IMG/VR virus record: IMGVR_UViG_2693429676_000008
Source of the DNA: a virus
Lineage: Duplodnaviria > Heunggongvirae > Uroviricota > Caudoviricetes
Length of the DNA stretch: 5,357 bases
Direction: 5' to 3' (one strand)
Made by a program: the position numbers and the translations under genes. How positions within the stretch are numbered: position 1 is the stretch's first letter; every line of letters begins with the position of its first letter. Under the pieces are notes generated by a model. The model did not search any database, was not told the origin of the DNA, and saw nothing but the letters and a program-made list of their open reading frames with translations. Positions 5,134-5,357 of this stretch are shown one piece after another.

Positions 5134-5157
5134 AGCCCGCTTTATGCGGGTTTTTTT
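5134..5157 (+). terminator. Rho-independent terminator (tR'-like) downstream of Q
   Basis: Stem GCCCGC (5135-5140) pairs with GCGGG (5146-5150) around loop TTTAT, followed by T7 (5151-5157). Confidence 0.65.
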
Positions 5158-5207
5158 ATACCTGAAAAACGGCACAGGACGTTAAACGTGCTGGTGGTCA
5201 GATGAGT

Positions 5208-5236
5208 TTGCAGATGTGATGACATATGGTTATTAT
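5208..5236 (+). promoter_or_regulatory. Candidate sigma70 promoter for the tRNA gene (-35 TTGCAG 5208-5213, 17-nt spacer, -10 TATTAT 5231-5236)
   Basis: Well-spaced hexamers ending about 9 nt upstream of the predicted tRNA 5' end. Confidence 0.35.
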
Positions 5237-5245
5237 TCTGCCTCC

Positions 5246-5319
5246 GGCCCTTTAGCTCAGTTGGTCAGAGCGAGCGACTCATAATCGCCAGGTCGCTGGT
5301 TCAAGTCCAGCAAGGGTGA
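5246..5319 (+). tRNA. tRNA with anticodon CAT, ileX/ileZ-like (probably tRNA-Ile2 read as AUA after lysidine modification; elongator tRNA-Met not excluded)
   Basis: Cloverleaf assembled by hand: acceptor GGCCCTT / AAGGGTG, D-arm GCTC-AGTTGGTCA-GAGC, anticodon arm AGCGA-CTCATAA-TCGCC, T-arm GCTGG-TTCAAGT-CCAGC, discriminator A, no encoded CCA. The D, anticodon and T arms are nearly identical to remembered E. coli ileX. Mismatches at acceptor pair 1-72 (G-G) and anticodon-stem pair 27-43 (A-C). Confidence 0.75.
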
Positions 5320-5357
5320 AGTAGTCAACAAAAACTGGCCACCGAGTTAGAGTTTTT

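Noticed and set aside
4573-5175. 200-aa and 67-aa minus-strand ORFs (4573-5175 and 4583-4786)
   Set aside because: Antisense to the Q gene and extending through the late promoter/terminator region; the Q frame has an RBS, coupling and family motifs.

Overview
This window reads as a mosaic lambdoid-prophage segment from an E. coli-like enterobacterium, running from an accessory (moron) block into the nin/Q/late-promoter region. In order on the + strand: the 3' end of an unknown gene; a QueH-like (DUF208) Fe-S enzyme gene; a complete hok/mok/sok-type type I toxin-antitoxin locus with promoter, 5'/3' complementary mRNA elements and terminator; a small AT-rich ORF; a 155-bp 5' remnant of a ybcN-like gene; an intact 768-bp IS1 (insA/insB on the minus strand) with no target-site duplication; a second small AT-rich ORF; a ybcN-like gene disrupted by an internal 203-bp tandem duplication; a ybcO-like gene whose stop overlaps the start of a QuuD-type Q antiterminator gene; a candidate late promoter and terminator; and a tRNA with anticodon CAT (ileX/ileZ-like) with its own promoter. 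The most unusual items are the prophage-borne QueH homologue beside hok/sok and the IS1- and duplication-driven rearrangements of the nin region. All family assignments come from motifs and remembered sequences; no database search or folding computation was run.
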